DNA of 64,000 nt, filler included, from Stramenopiles sp. TOSAG23-3 (lineage: Eukaryota), in assembly GCA_900128585.1 (NCBI GenBank). It is 8 parts of 8 records of this genome, joined end to end, with 100 filler letters (N's around TTAATTAATTAA, not from the genome) between each part and the next. Parts side by side here need not be neighbours in the genome. Positions count along the whole stretch, not along the records: positions 16,135 to 24,087 come from LT643082.1; positions 24,188 to 32,139 come from LT643083.1; positions 32,240 to 40,186 come from LT643084.1; 5 more parts are not named here. The stretch is one strand, 5' to 3'. The translations under genes were made by a program, and so were the position numbers. A model generated the notes under the pieces. The model was not told the DNA's origin. It saw nothing but the letters and a program-made list of their open reading frames with translations, and ran no database searches. This document shows positions 21,518 to 33,389 of this stretch, in pieces (position 1 is the first letter of the stretch; each line of letters starts with the position of its first letter).

Positions 21518-22196
21518 CGAACCAATTGAGTAGAAGGGGCGAGTGGTGGTTCAACAAAAATACTTTTTTTAGTTTTCCACGTCACACAACAAAATATATA
21601 TACACAATTTTTTAAAATTTATTTAAATTTTCGTAAAAGTTTTTAAATAATGATTATTCATAAAAAAAAAAGCAACTTGCTCTCTCCTCCTCCTCTTCGG
21701 TCGTGCTTGCTTGCTGTTCAAATGTTAGACGACTATCTATAAGTTATCCTTTTTTTTAAATCAAAGGGACACACTTTATATTTTAGACACACTTTTTACT
21801 TCTTTTTATTATTACTTTCTCCTACAAAAAAGTTATATTTTAATTATTTCTGTGATGCTGTGTCTATTATAAAATATTCAAAGGTAGGTTCGTGTTACCA
21901 ATTCTTGGGATCGGCTCTTCTATTGGACGACTGCTGCTATGCTGCTGCTGCTGGCTGGATTATTGGCCATCTTCTTTCTTCTCGCTCGTCGCGGGAGAGA
22001 GAGGCCGCCGTGGCAATTCTCTACGCTAATAGAATTACGAACCAAAAATTGTGTTTCATATACAATTATTTCTAATTTGTATTAAGAAATTTTACGTTGA
22101 ACCTGACAAGCAAGTGTATACTCATATATATAAATATACCTCACTCACAGTCTGTGCCCCGAATAGTAACTCTTGGATTTATTCGATAACTACCCA

Positions 22197-23807
22197 ATGA
22201 CAGACGTCGCGTCCGTTAACGTCTCCGTTGGCTCTTTCGAGACTTTGAAGGTCGGTATCACTACGTGGAATGTTGGAAACGCCCAGCCTTTGCAGTCTGA
22301 AGTTCCGCTGCTCCTTGGGGGCAAGGATGAGCTCAGTTCGCTTGATATGATTGTAGTGGGTGCACAAGAGGCCACGTACAAGCCTGTAGACGAGGCGAAA
22401 CTCGTTGAAAAGCTGGCGCAAAAGCGCGGAGACGGTGGTAGAGGCTCAGTTTTGGAGGACGGCAAGGCCCTGGAAGACCATCACCACCACGCCGCCCAAG
22501 AGCACTTTTACGACATCCTGATAGCGTACTGTTCAAAGCTCGGGTTCTCCGAAGTAAAGAGGCAGTCACTTGGTGAAATGCGACTCATCGTATTTGCGCA
22601 AGAAAAGCACGTCAAACACATTTCGAACGTGCAGACTGCGACAGCAGCCTGTGGAATTGCGCATATGCTGAAGAACAAGGGTGGTATTATCATTTCAATG
22701 GACTTCAAATCCAACTCCGTTGCTTTTGTATCGTCCCACCTTGCCGCGCACTTGAAGAATTTCGCTAGGCGCAATAGCGATGTGAAAGAAATTTTGGACG
22801 AAGCCCGCATCAACAACAAAAGGCTGGATGCTTCGACCCAGTTTGATTATGTGTTTTGGATCGGCGACCTCAACTACCGGGTGGACCTGTGGACCGCTCG
22901 TGGGCAAGACAAACCTGACGAAAAGGGAGAAACGCACGAAAAGCATTGGGGCGAAGTAAAAGCGCTCGTGGACGCAAAAAAGTGGGGGGAAATTATGCAG
23001 GGGGATCAGCTGCAGCGAGAGCAGAGGGCAGGGAACGTTTATATGGGATTTTCCGAGCCAGAGTACAACTTCTTGCCAACGTTTAAAGTCGAAAGGCTAG
23101 TGGACACTACCCACAAGAAACAGCGTTCCCCTGCGTATTGCGACCGTATCTTGTGGAAAACTCAGCCTTATTTAAAAAAGTACAATCCGATTGCGGTGGA
23201 ATCCTTCAAAGGCGTAGAGAAAGTGTCCACGAGTGACCACAAGCCTGTTAGAGGGGTATTTGGCATCAGCCTCGTTCCACCGATCGATTGCAACATATCT
23301 GACGAGGATACTACTGCGAAGATCACGATCACCAACGTCCGGGGAGAACACCTCGAACCTGCAGACGTCACTGGGGCGTCAGACCCGTACCTTGTCCTGA
23401 ATATGGTTCCTGCCAAAGCCATGATTCTGCCAAAGGGCGCAAGTGAGTTGAGAACGACGCACAAAAACCAAACGCTCCACCCGGTGTACGACAACAAAGA
23501 AATCCCGGCCGTTTTGACAAGGTGCAAAACCATCGAGGAGCTCAAGTCGACCGTGTTTATTTTGACATTCTTTGACTACGACATGGCTTCAGTAGACGAC
23601 GATCTAGGAAGCGCTGTGATATCGTTTGAAGATTCTCTGGGGGGTGCCAAAGAAGGAGAAACGTTTGAGTTTGATTTTAAGCACACTTTAACCTTGGGTA
23701 GTAAGAAATTGAAAGGTGAAATTACCGGGAAGATAACCATTGAATGGGGCAAAGACCATGCAGCAAAGGCCGTTACTAATGGTGAAGGATGTTGTTCCAT
23801 AAGCTAG
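22197..23807 (+). CDS. Inositol polyphosphate 5-phosphatase with C-terminal C2 domain and CaaX-like lipidation motif
   Basis: TWNVGN, VVGAQE, FWIGDLNYR, PAYCDRILW, SDHKPV; C2 motifs ADVTGASDPY and FDYD..DDDLG; ends GCCSIS. Confidence 0.95.
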   Translation: MTDVASVNVSVGSFETLKVGITTWNVGNAQPLQSEVPLLLGGKDELSSLDMIVVGAQEATYKPVDEAKLVEKLAQKRGDGGRGSVLEDGKALEDHHHHAAQEHFYDILIAYCSKLGFSEVKRQSLGEMRLIVFAQEKHVKHISNVQTATAACGIAHMLKNKGGIIISMDFKSNSVAFVSSHLAAHLKNFARRNSDVKEILDEARINNKRLDASTQFDYVFWIGDLNYRVDLWTARGQDKPDEKGETHEKHWGEVKALVDAKKWGEIMQGDQLQREQRAGNVYMGFSEPEYNFLPTFKVERLVDTTHKKQRSPAYCDRILWKTQPYLKKYNPIAVESFKGVEKVSTSDHKPVRGVFGISLVPPIDCNISDEDTTAKITITNVRGEHLEPADVTGASDPYLVLNMVPAKAMILPKGASELRTTHKNQTLHPVYDNKEIPAVLTRCKTIEELKSTVFILTFFDYDMASVDDDLGSAVISFEDSLGGAKEGETFEFDFKHTLTLGSKKLKGEITGKITIEWGKDHAAKAVTNGEGCCSIS

Positions 23808-24087
23808 CTGATGAATTGTGATTGAAGCTTTTTTTACTCTCCTCTTTCTTTTTGCAAGAGGGGGGGGTACAAACTCTTGTAATAATAATGATGGATGTTT
23901 TAACAACAAATTGCTATTATTAATTAAAATCTGAGATTGATAGCCAAGACTAAGTGGCAAGGGTATATCGATTAGTAAAACCACAAGAGCAAAGATAAGT
24001 TCGCAGTACATGAAGGAATGTAAACCTCGAATGTCTAAATTTAGAGTTCAGTTCGCAGTACATTAATTTTAATTACTTAAATAACAG

Positions 24088-24187
24088 NNNNNNNNNNNNN
24101 NNNNNNNNNNNNNNNNNNNNNNNNNNNNNNNTTAATTAATTAANNNNNNNNNNNNNNNNNNNNNNNNNNNNNNNNNNNNNNNNNNNN
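24088..24187. other. Artificial contig-joining linker
   Basis: 44N-TTAATTAATTAA-44N. Confidence 0.98.
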
Positions 24188-24521
24188 GTCCGTGTCTATC
24201 CCAAAACGTATTATGATGATCATAATGATGAATTTTTTTCAAGTCGTATACATAAACCTGCGTAAATGTATTTTCTAAAGATCCAATAAATAACAGACAA
24301 ATTTCGTTTATGTATATTGTAAACCTAGAATGTCTAAATCTAGATTTCAGTTCGCAGTACATTAATTTTAATTTTACTTTTTAAATAACACAGCCAATTT
24401 TCTTGATTATTTATTTATAGTTTTCCTAGCTGAAGAAAGTAATAATTTACAAACGTACTAAACTTTGAAAATGTTGAAAATCTCCCTGCTACGCATCCTC
24501 TGTTTGATCATAAACTGAACG

Positions 24522-25109
24522 TTAATTTTTGCCGTATGCCTCAGGTTTCAAGATACCTACAAAAGGCAAAGTCCTGTAATCCTCTGCAAAATCCATTCCA
24601 TACCCCACAACAAATTCATCAGGGCACTCCCAACCACAGTAGTCAATAGCAATGTCACTTGTGCGTCTTGCTGTCTTATTCAACAAGCAACAAATTCTCA
24701 GCGAGGCGACACCTTTACTCTCTAAATGTTGTTTAACCCAAGCTAAAGTAGTCCCAGTATCGATCAGGTCTTCGACAATGACAATATGACGCCCTGCAGG
24801 GTCTATCCCGATGTCTTTTTTCAAGTTCACAGATCCACTTGACGTTGTCTCTGCACCGTAGCTGCTTGCAACAATGAAATCGACTTGGTTTCTAACCGTC
24901 AAACGCCGGGACAAATCCGCAACAAGAAGAAACGCCCCCTTTAATAACCCACAGACTATTATACTTTTTCCAGCATAGTCCTGGGAAATTTGAGTTGCAA
25001 GAGCCAGGACCCTTTCTTGTATCTGCTTCTCAGTGAATAAAACTTTCTGAATGTTCCTTCCATATTTCTCTGGGATACCCAAGTTTCCCGCTGAAAATTC
25101 TTGCTCCAT
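24522..25109 (-). CDS. HPRT: Hypoxanthine(-guanine) phosphoribosyltransferase
   Basis: GLLKGA, SSYG, PRPP-binding IVEDLIDTGTTL and FVVGYGMD...YR.LP motifs. Confidence 0.97.
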   Translation of the reverse strand: MEQEFSAGNLGIPEKYGRNIQKVLFTEKQIQERVLALATQISQDYAGKSIIVCGLLKGAFLLVADLSRRLTVRNQVDFIVASSYGAETTSSGSVNLKKDIGIDPAGRHIVIVEDLIDTGTTLAWVKQHLESKGVASLRICCLLNKTARRTSDIAIDYCGWECPDEFVVGYGMDFAEDYRTLPFVGILKPEAYGKN

Positions 25110-26939
25110 TGCAACTTACAACTGCCGTATTGCACACAGAAAAACTGAAGTAGTGCTATAAGCTCAAAGAGAAGCACTACGGGATTTTGTAGCAATTGAA
25201 TATCGGCTCCTCTCTAATTTATGATGATATAATAGAAGATGAAGCTTACAATTAACCTAACTAGTAAGAATTCGTGCTGAATTATTAATGTGTATTTTTT
25301 ATAATAAAAATACCATACAGTATATACAGTATAAAAATATGTGTGGTGGTGGGAAATATTTTGTGTTGAGACGTTGTTGTTTTTTTCACACGTTATTCTC
25401 CCCCGATAGAGCTGTCCATATAGTGTTATAATTCCTATCAAAATACATTACAATACAAAACGAATAGAATGGTAGGTTCGTTCCCCAAAAAAATTATTTT
25501 TTTTACCACTTGGAATGTAGTCGGGGAAAGCTAGACTGACACAGGTAGGGTTATTATTTTATTTTACTATAACACTTTATATAGGTGATTATTACAAGTA
25601 CCATATAATTTTTTATATTTTGCGATAAAAGTCCAATGTGATTGAAACTTCCGACAGAAGTAATTGTAGTCGACACTCTGTGCCTGCATTTTTGTGCCCT
25701 AAAAATACAGGCAATAGCACAACATTATTTCCCCGTTTCGGATCTAATTGTAAAAAATGCAATGCGTACTTGTTTTATTATTTAATCATTAAGGTATCGA
25801 TAGCAAAAAGCTATGGTACTATAAGTGAAGACGACGACAGTGAATTGTTGATTCACTGACATTGAGAGAAAGCGATTGGATGAGAATCGACGAGATAAAA
25901 ACGACTTTATTCAATAAGAGTACGGCCGATACACTCAATACTAGGAATTATTGATTAAGGCCAGAAGTAGTTCTTCGACCAACAAAAGAATTAAATAAAA
26001 ACATTCGTTTGTTTGGAAGTTTTGTGAGTACGAGTACTCGAACGATACCCAAAGTGCTGCGAAACAGAAACGAAAAGTACGGTACTTTTGAGGTTTGGAC
26101 CTCTAGATTCTTTACCTTAATCTTAACTATATTATTATTCGAAATACTATACTATTGCTATTTGAAACATCCAATTTTTTTTCTTCTTTCCACTATCAGT
26201 TAGAGTATTTACAAGTACATACATTCGCGCATACATTTTAGCTATAGTGAAACAAAATTAAAAATGGCATTTTAAAATAAGTTTGGAGAGGAACCAATTT
26301 GATGTATCGGTAGTGTGAAGTATTTACAGTACATGTTCGTATTTTAAATTAGATGATATGGCTTTTACGGTTGGAGAAGAAAAACGTGGTCAATTAAAAA
26401 CTAACAAGGATTATTTGTTGTTTTGCGTTGTTGTTGTAGTTGTCCTGCCCTCGAAGTGTCAAAAGTAAGGGGTTTTATGAGCAGTAAGGATTTCATATTT
26501 CTTTCCATAATTATTAATTCTATAAATTTATTAGCGTTTTGTAACCTTTCCATAAATAGAAATACGATACGCGTTTTGTCACTTTTCCGTACATGATGCA
26601 TCACAGGAAATCTGGTGAATACGGTCACATAATCTCACCTTAAAAAAGGGAAGGGTCATCGCCGTCGATACGGCATACGGCAGCTGGCCGATCGGGTGAT
26701 AATCAATATTGAAATTAGTAGACGCCTGAATTCATTTTCAATTATGTATGTAGTTAGTACCCTCCCAAGTAGCCCAGTTTAATGACAATCCGAGATACAG
26801 AAAGAAGGCAGCCGCAAGACGCCCCGAAGATCAATTTCATTGGTAGCACATATAAGTGCGTTTTATCATTTATAACGTAGTAGCCACAAGCCTGAAGTAC
26901 CAACAGAGTAACCAAATCACGCACATCGCTATAGTCAAA

Positions 26940-28433
26940 ATGAGACAACGCCACAACTCGAGCAAGAAAATTTCCAGTGATTTACTCTCCCTAGTGAAAT
27001 GCGGTGAGTTAACTGAATTCCAAGCTAACAAAATGCACCAGGAGGGTTTGGCATTGAAGAAAATATTTGAAAATAATATCGATGTTGTTACACCAGTTAA
27101 CTCAAATGAAATTTCGCAGGCGCGGAAGCGGAAACGTGATGTACAACAAGTTTCAAGAACGAAACTAAAGTGCTCCTTCGCGCCGAAAAATACCGTTGGG
27201 CTGCTAAGAAAGTATTGGGCTGCGCAACCGAAAAAACTGTCAATTTTTGACACAAGAGAAGTTGAAACGACTGATTCATGTATAGCTCTACGCAGGAGTG
27301 GGGAACCATTCATTCTTGTCGGCCACTCTAGTTTTACTGATTTTGCCGACACTTGGAATGCTACAGCGTTGCTAGCTAAGAAAAAAGTGGATGGAAATTG
27401 TATTCCTTCTACCCTTCGTCCACTGCAAGTGCCATTAACACAGAAAGGGAAATCCAGTACATCTACCTTTCATCCTATATGCAAAAGTATGAAATTTGGC
27501 GAATTTTTATCAAAATATTGGTCTGTTGGAGACCCTGAATATTACTTGCACCAGTGGCAATTTCCAGTAGAATCACATCAAGCAAGGAAACTAATGGGAG
27601 CAAAATCATTCTTTCGTCTATCGGTTAGTCAGTCGGGTATCGGGGGCAATTGTCAAAAAGTATCAGGGGCAAGTCATTTGCCACTTTGCATGGGTTATGA
27701 TATGCTAGAAGATTGGAAAGATGATTTAGATAATGAAAATCCATTCCAATACATATTTGCTGGCGCCAAATCAACACATAGTAGTATGCACAAGGATTGT
27801 GGGGGAATGGGCATCTTCATCTCTCCAATATGTGGGCGAAAAGAGGTAATTTTAATTCATCGTGATGATGGGGAGTTTCTAAAAAACGGTATATGTACTG
27901 GAAATGCTGATATTAACTTTGAAACCTGCCCACTGCTGCCATTTGCAAGAGTGTGGAAGCATACCCTTGTCCCAGGAGATGTGATGTATCTCCCGGCTGG
28001 GACATATCATATGTGCCGTAATATCGAGGCATGCATATCATACCACAGGCTCCATCTAGACGAAATTAACTTACCGTACTTTTTAAGATCGATGTTCCAA
28101 GGAGATTCTGTTGAAATTGATCACGGCGATATTATTTGGAATACGACTCACTCCATTATGGAAAAATATTCTCGGATTTTAAAAAAAGAGTCTTCCAGTC
28201 TAAAAAAATTTCAAAACATGCTTCTCGTGTTACGCCAAGTGGCAGTTTACCTATCAAAGCGTTGCAAAAGCAAAGAATGGAGCGATCTTGCCAAAGATAT
28301 AGACTCTACTTTGCCATCTTCATTTGTGGATAAGCAACAAAATAATAATGGCCGTGGGACAACATGCAATACACAAAAAAATCAAAACGCACATTTTGAC
28401 TATTTAAAGAATATAGGGTTGAACTCATTATAG
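26940..28433 (+). CDS. JmjC-domain 2OG/Fe(II) hydroxylase (JMJD4/JMJD6-like), catalytic residues intact
   Basis: YYLHQWQF, YIFAG...SMHKD (HxD), GRKEV, LVPGDVMYLPAGTYH...N; first ATG at 26940. Confidence 0.85.
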   Translation: MRQRHNSSKKISSDLLSLVKCGELTEFQANKMHQEGLALKKIFENNIDVVTPVNSNEISQARKRKRDVQQVSRTKLKCSFAPKNTVGLLRKYWAAQPKKLSIFDTREVETTDSCIALRRSGEPFILVGHSSFTDFADTWNATALLAKKKVDGNCIPSTLRPLQVPLTQKGKSSTSTFHPICKSMKFGEFLSKYWSVGDPEYYLHQWQFPVESHQARKLMGAKSFFRLSVSQSGIGGNCQKVSGASHLPLCMGYDMLEDWKDDLDNENPFQYIFAGAKSTHSSMHKDCGGMGIFISPICGRKEVILIHRDDGEFLKNGICTGNADINFETCPLLPFARVWKHTLVPGDVMYLPAGTYHMCRNIEACISYHRLHLDEINLPYFLRSMFQGDSVEIDHGDIIWNTTHSIMEKYSRILKKESSSLKKFQNMLLVLRQVAVYLSKRCKSKEWSDLAKDIDSTLPSSFVDKQQNNNGRGTTCNTQKNQNAHFDYLKNIGLNSL

Positions 28434-28761
28434 TGTAATGAATGTAAAACTGACTCTGCGTTGCAATCTTGAGAATGACATAAAGGGAAAATTGCTTACA
28501 ACTTTCATCTATCGTTCCGTTCCGTTTCATAGATTTGTTGGCTATAATATTTGTGTAGCTGTCCTTGCGAAACAAGTTTCATTACAAGATGATATCTCCC
28601 CGTGTAACTAGGGCAATATAATAATACTGTACTGGCATAATTGTTAAATCAAAATTATCAACCTACGGTAAAAATAACGCAAAGCTAAAAATTACGACGG
28701 ACGCAATATAAACTACGGTACCAAAAATTCCAAACAGCAAAAAAAATGATGATGAAAAAAA

Positions 28762-28940
28762 CTTCATCGACACCGCATGCTTCGCAATGCTGTGCCTATC
28801 CGGCTGATATAAATACCTCTACACTCAGGCCAGAATAGTGTAGTGTATTTAATACAAAATTCAATCATTAACTATGGCCTGAGTGGGTGTGATCAGGCGA
28901 AAGGACACAGCATAGCAAATGATGCTGTGTCTATTCGAAG
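28762..28940. repeat. Imperfect long inverted repeat / hairpin
   Basis: The left arm CTTCATCGACACCGCATG..ATGCTGTGCCTATC..CACTCAGGCCA pairs with the right arm TGGCCTGAGTG..GGACACAGCAT..GCTGTGTCTATTCGAAG. Confidence 0.7.
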
Positions 28941-29791
28941 AATTAGCAGCACCCACGAGAGGCTCCTCCAATTCTATCGACAATTAGGTAAATAATAGAA
29001 ATGGCCCCTGCTGCAAGGCGTCCCGAAGGGTTATATTTTGATAGGATATAACTGTAATTGAAGAATACAAAAGTGGAAAGAGTTAATAATGTACTGTATT
29101 TACAATATCACAGGAGAATGTGGGACCTGCATAAACCGCTCAATTCTCAATTTCTCTTGTAATTACTTCACTAGTCTGTGGTGCCAGAATCGAAGATTTT
29201 AGCAGGGGACCTCTTATTTGAAATAAGAGCCTCTTATTCCTCTAATATTAGTGTTACAGTTGCTGTGTGGTGTAAAACGCAAAACTCTTATTTGACACAT
29301 GTACTAGTTTGTATACTAACAAATATTCATAGGAGTCCGAATATAAGGAGGAAATTAATCCGACCCCTAAAAAAAAGACCTTGGCCATATACCGACCGCG
29401 GTTTCTACTGTAGACAACACCTAATAATATTTCACAAAATGTAAAATAATGTATAATACAGTAGGAGGACTAATTAAAAAAATGATGATGACGATGACGA
29501 CGACGACTACTTCTTCTTCTCTTTCCTATCTTTTTTTCTTCTTCTCTTTCTTTTCTTCTCTTTCTTCTTCTTTCACAAATAATCAACAACAGTAAATATT
29601 TATGCGACCAAGAAGGCTTCAACACTTTAAAGTTAAGAAGTGTGCCAGGAATTTGGCGGGGTGAAACAACACGTCACTACATACATTATGCCCCAAGCGA
29701 ATCGGTTCCACACAGCTCTTCATGAAAAAGACGTGTAACCAAGTTTTTCAGATACTGTAACAAATAAATCATAAATCCCCAACGGCTAATT

Positions 29792-30901
29792 ATGTCAAAC
29801 TCGGTTTTGAAAAGTGTAGTCTTGGTGCTATTAGTGGTGCAGAACTGCGCACTAATTTTATTTATGAAATATTCTATCAGGGCAAATCTTCCTGAAGAAG
29901 AAAGGTTTTTACCCGTTGTTGCTGTTACGCTCAACGAGCTTCTAAAATTTGTAGCTTGCAGTGGTGTGCTGTTGTGCAAAGGAGAGTTTTCACGAGGTGT
30001 ACAAGAAGCGTTTGGAGACGTTCAGGACTACTTATTGACGTGTGTGCCAGCGTTGTTATACTTTGTTCAAAATAACTTACTTTATTTTGCCGTTGCTCGG
30101 CTGGATACTGTTGTATTTCAAGTTTCTTACCAGTTAAAAATTTTGACAACTGCATGTTTTTCTGTTATTATGCTTAAGCGCCGGCTGGGACGATTACAGT
30201 GGTTTGCACTGTTTCTTCTTATTCCTGGTGTTGCACTGGTACAGATTAGTTCAAATACAGCCCATGTTCCGATAACACCGTCGTCGGCACATATGGGTAA
30301 AATCTCATCGGACAGCGATAGGATTGTTGCTCAAAATATTAAATTCACAAAAAATCATATTAACCATGTTAATCTCGCACCAAACGATACTTCTTTGCGA
30401 AATTTAACAGGGCTTTTATCGGTATTAGCCGCGTGCATTACAAGTGGGTTCGCTGGAGTATATTTTGAATTGGTTTTGAAGAATAAAAAAGGTTCCATGT
30501 GGTCACGTAATTTACAGTTGAGTTCTGGGAGTTTTCTTATTGGGTGTTTATCTGCAGCATTTACCAAATATCAAACGATAGCAGAGAAAGGACTTTTCCA
30601 TGGTCTTGGGCCTGCAGCTTGGTGCACAATTGGTCTGCAAGCTGTCGGGGGCTTAGTTGTTGCAGCTGTTGTAAAATATGCTGACAATATAGTTAAAGCA
30701 TTTGCAACTTCGGTATCAATTCTCCTTTCCTGTTTTCTGTCGTATTTCCTTTTTGGCTGGAAACCAAACCGCCATTTTGTAACTGGTGCGCTGTTGGTAG
30801 GAATCTCTGTTTACTTCTACTCCAGCGAAGCTGGGAAGCAAAAAAAAGTATTTGATGCAAAAGCAATTAAGCATCCAACAGAAACATGTCGCAATGTTTA
30901 A
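29792..30901 (+). CDS. SLC35A nucleotide-sugar transporter (UDP-galactose/UDP-GlcNAc/CMP-sialic acid family)
   Basis: VPALLYFVQNNL, YQLKILTTA, SGFAGVYFE..LK, GGLVVAAVVKYADNIVKAFATS; multiple TM helices. Confidence 0.96.
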   Translation: MSNSVLKSVVLVLLVVQNCALILFMKYSIRANLPEEERFLPVVAVTLNELLKFVACSGVLLCKGEFSRGVQEAFGDVQDYLLTCVPALLYFVQNNLLYFAVARLDTVVFQVSYQLKILTTACFSVIMLKRRLGRLQWFALFLLIPGVALVQISSNTAHVPITPSSAHMGKISSDSDRIVAQNIKFTKNHINHVNLAPNDTSLRNLTGLLSVLAACITSGFAGVYFELVLKNKKGSMWSRNLQLSSGSFLIGCLSAAFTKYQTIAEKGLFHGLGPAAWCTIGLQAVGGLVVAAVVKYADNIVKAFATSVSILLSCFLSYFLFGWKPNRHFVTGALLVGISVYFYSSEAGKQKKVFDAKAIKHPTETCRNV

Positions 30902-31605
30902 GGTTGATAATTTGCTGCGTAGTGCACAATGTGCATCCTCAGATTAGACGATGGCTGCACTGTGATCTTTGCTGCCTACTGTAAACAAGTAGTGCCTTCA
31001 GAACAGTGGTGCGATAAGTCCCAAAGCCAGAATCCAGATATCATTGCCCCCATTCATTCTGCCTTAGTCTAGTATCCAGGTACTCTTTACCCAACGGCAC
31101 TACTTCTTAAAGGAGGAGTTTCCAACGACGTATTTTTAAAAGGGTGTGTGTCTAAATAGCTTTAACCTTCCAGTACAGTGCTAGACTTTTTTATTTGACG
31201 AGAAATATTTCAAACGAAAGAAAGGTAAAGCAAGTTTCCTTGGGCAAATAGTTGGAACAACGATTTTTTGCCTTTGCTTCGTTTGCACTTCTCTTAAATG
31301 GCACGATTAAAACGTGAGAAACAAAGTACATGGGCAAAGGGTGCTTGTATTATCTCTTAGGGGTAAATAAAAGCAACCTCGAAATCTTGTTTTTCTTCAC
31401 AATTGTAGTGTAGTGTGTTTTACAAGTACGTAAATAAGCTTATATTAGATAGGGAAATATATTCGGAAAAAACCTAAGTATTTTTTCAATTTTCTTGTTT
31501 TGGGTGGTATTACCTGTTTTTGTTGTTGAAATTTATAATGTTAAAAAATTAAATATTTTTTCAGAAAAAAACGTGAGAAAACAATTACATTGGCAATATG
31601 TACTT

Positions 31606-32066
31606 GTATTGTATTTTTTGCAGTTAGTGAACAGGGGTAGGGAAGCGTGTGTGTGAAAATTCACGAAAAAATAGATATTAATTTAATGCTGTTATCACGT
31701 TAAATATAATTAACATTGAAATAACACAAATTAATAATATTTAATACATAGTTCCTTAATTTAGGTTTTTTCTTCTTCGTTCTGAAAAACAATTATTTGC
31801 AGTAAATTGTGTTCCGACAATGCTAATTAGTATTCCAACAATGTTTTGAAAATCTGAAAATCGATGGTTTTGTTGTCGCCCATCAAACGTAAAGTAAGGA
31901 ATTAAATATATGTCTTTAATGTTCCTGGTTATTCCGATGTTAATTATATTTAACATAATAACTGCATCAAAATAAAATCTATTTTTTTCGTGAATTTTCA
32001 CACACATGCTCCCCTATAATACCCCCCCACCCCCTTACGTTCAGTAACTGCAAAAAGTACAATCCA
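31606..32066. repeat. Degenerate foldback/MITE-like element (about 120-bp inverted arms)
   Basis: 31606-31725 (..TGCAGTTA..GTGTGTGAAAATTCACGAAAAAATAGAT..GTTAAATATAATTAACAT) is reverse-complementary to 31928-32066. Confidence 0.75.
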
Positions 32067-32139
32067 AGTGATTCATGTCGCATTTTAAAATTATTTTGGA
32101 AACCAACCCAATGATATGCCTATGTAATAAATATCCCTA

Positions 32140-32239
32140 NNNNNNNNNNNNNNNNNNNNNNNNNNNNNNNNNNNNNNNNNNNNTTAATTAATTAANNNNN
32201 NNNNNNNNNNNNNNNNNNNNNNNNNNNNNNNNNNNNNNN
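32140..32239. other. Artificial contig-joining linker
   Basis: 44N-TTAATTAATTAA-44N. Confidence 0.98.
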
Positions 32240-32318
32240 GCTTTCTTCTTCTTCTCCCTTTTTTTATTAATATATTACCTCTCTCTCTCCTCCTCCTCCT
32301 ACTCCTCTCATCTTCTTT
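32240..32318. repeat. 79-bp sequence repeated in perfect inverted orientation at the other end of the same contig (40108-40186)
   Basis: Base-by-base reverse-complement match. Confidence 0.9.
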
Positions 32319-32805
32319 CATTTAGATTTATTTTGATGTACATATTATACATCTTCTATAAGAGTATATTTTCATTTGTAATAATATTTTAATTGAATAT
32401 TATTATTATTATTATTTGTTGTTGATGATGATGAGGAGAGAGAGAAGATTTTTTTAAAATTATTTTACTACTACTGAAATCTTATTATTTTTGTTTTTGT
32501 TTGTGCTGCTCTCTCCTCTTCCTTCCTTCCTTCCTTTCTTCCTTTATTTCTCTTCCTTTTCTCCTATTATTATTATTCCAAAGATACACCAAGGAAGGAA
32601 AAAATAATTATTATAACGTATTACTACTAGATATTGAAGCAATTAATTACGCTTTTCTATTATTTAGTCTAGTTATTAAAGCTTTGTGAGTAGATAGAAG
32701 TAAAAGGGAGGATTGAGAGAGAATCTAAATGACTTCGTAGTCTATATATAGTACTGTACGGTAATATTAATAGGAAAGGTAACATGAATAGACGACTACC
32801 GGTCC

Positions 32806-32962
32806 TCTTCTTCTTCTTCTTCTTCTTTTTTTTCTTCTTCTTCTTCTTCATCTTCTTCTTCTTCTTCTTCTTCTTCTTCTTCTTCTTCTTCTTCTTTTTT
32901 TAATTCTTCTTCTTCTTTTCTTCTTCTTCATCTTCTTCTTCTTCTTTCCTCTTCTTCTTCTT
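32806..32962 (+). repeat. (TTC)n microsatellite
   Basis: Long interrupted TTC run. Confidence 0.95.
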
Positions 32963-33389
32963 AATAAAAATAAAAAAGAACGACTGAAGGAGATGACTCC
33001 ATACTTATTTGTATTTTGTATATAAAGTAAGAGACAAATATCCCTATGAAATGATGGTTCGATTGATGATGGATGATTTTATCCAACCTATACGTATAAT
33101 AAATAATATATAAAAAATCGAATTCAAACCATTTCAAGAAATAATCAATATTTTATATGAGCTTTTGGCTTCATCGTACGTACCCTTGGTAATACCGTGG
33201 GTATTATACCAGGTACCTGTACCAAAAAAAAACAGCGAAGAAAGAAGAAGAGAGAAAAGAAGAAGAAGAGGAGAGCGCTCTTTTTTGTTTTGTTTTTTGG
33301 GTGGTGAANNNNNNNNNNNNNNNNNNNNNNNNNNNNNNNNNNNNNCGACGGTACACGGTTATTAATACGGACAGGTAGTATTTTACTTT

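Noticed and set aside
32669-32851. Poly-Lys/poly-Phe short ORFs from (GAA)/(TTC) tracts (also 3626-4233, 60584-61544)
   Set aside because: Translations of microsatellites in AT-rich intergenic DNA.
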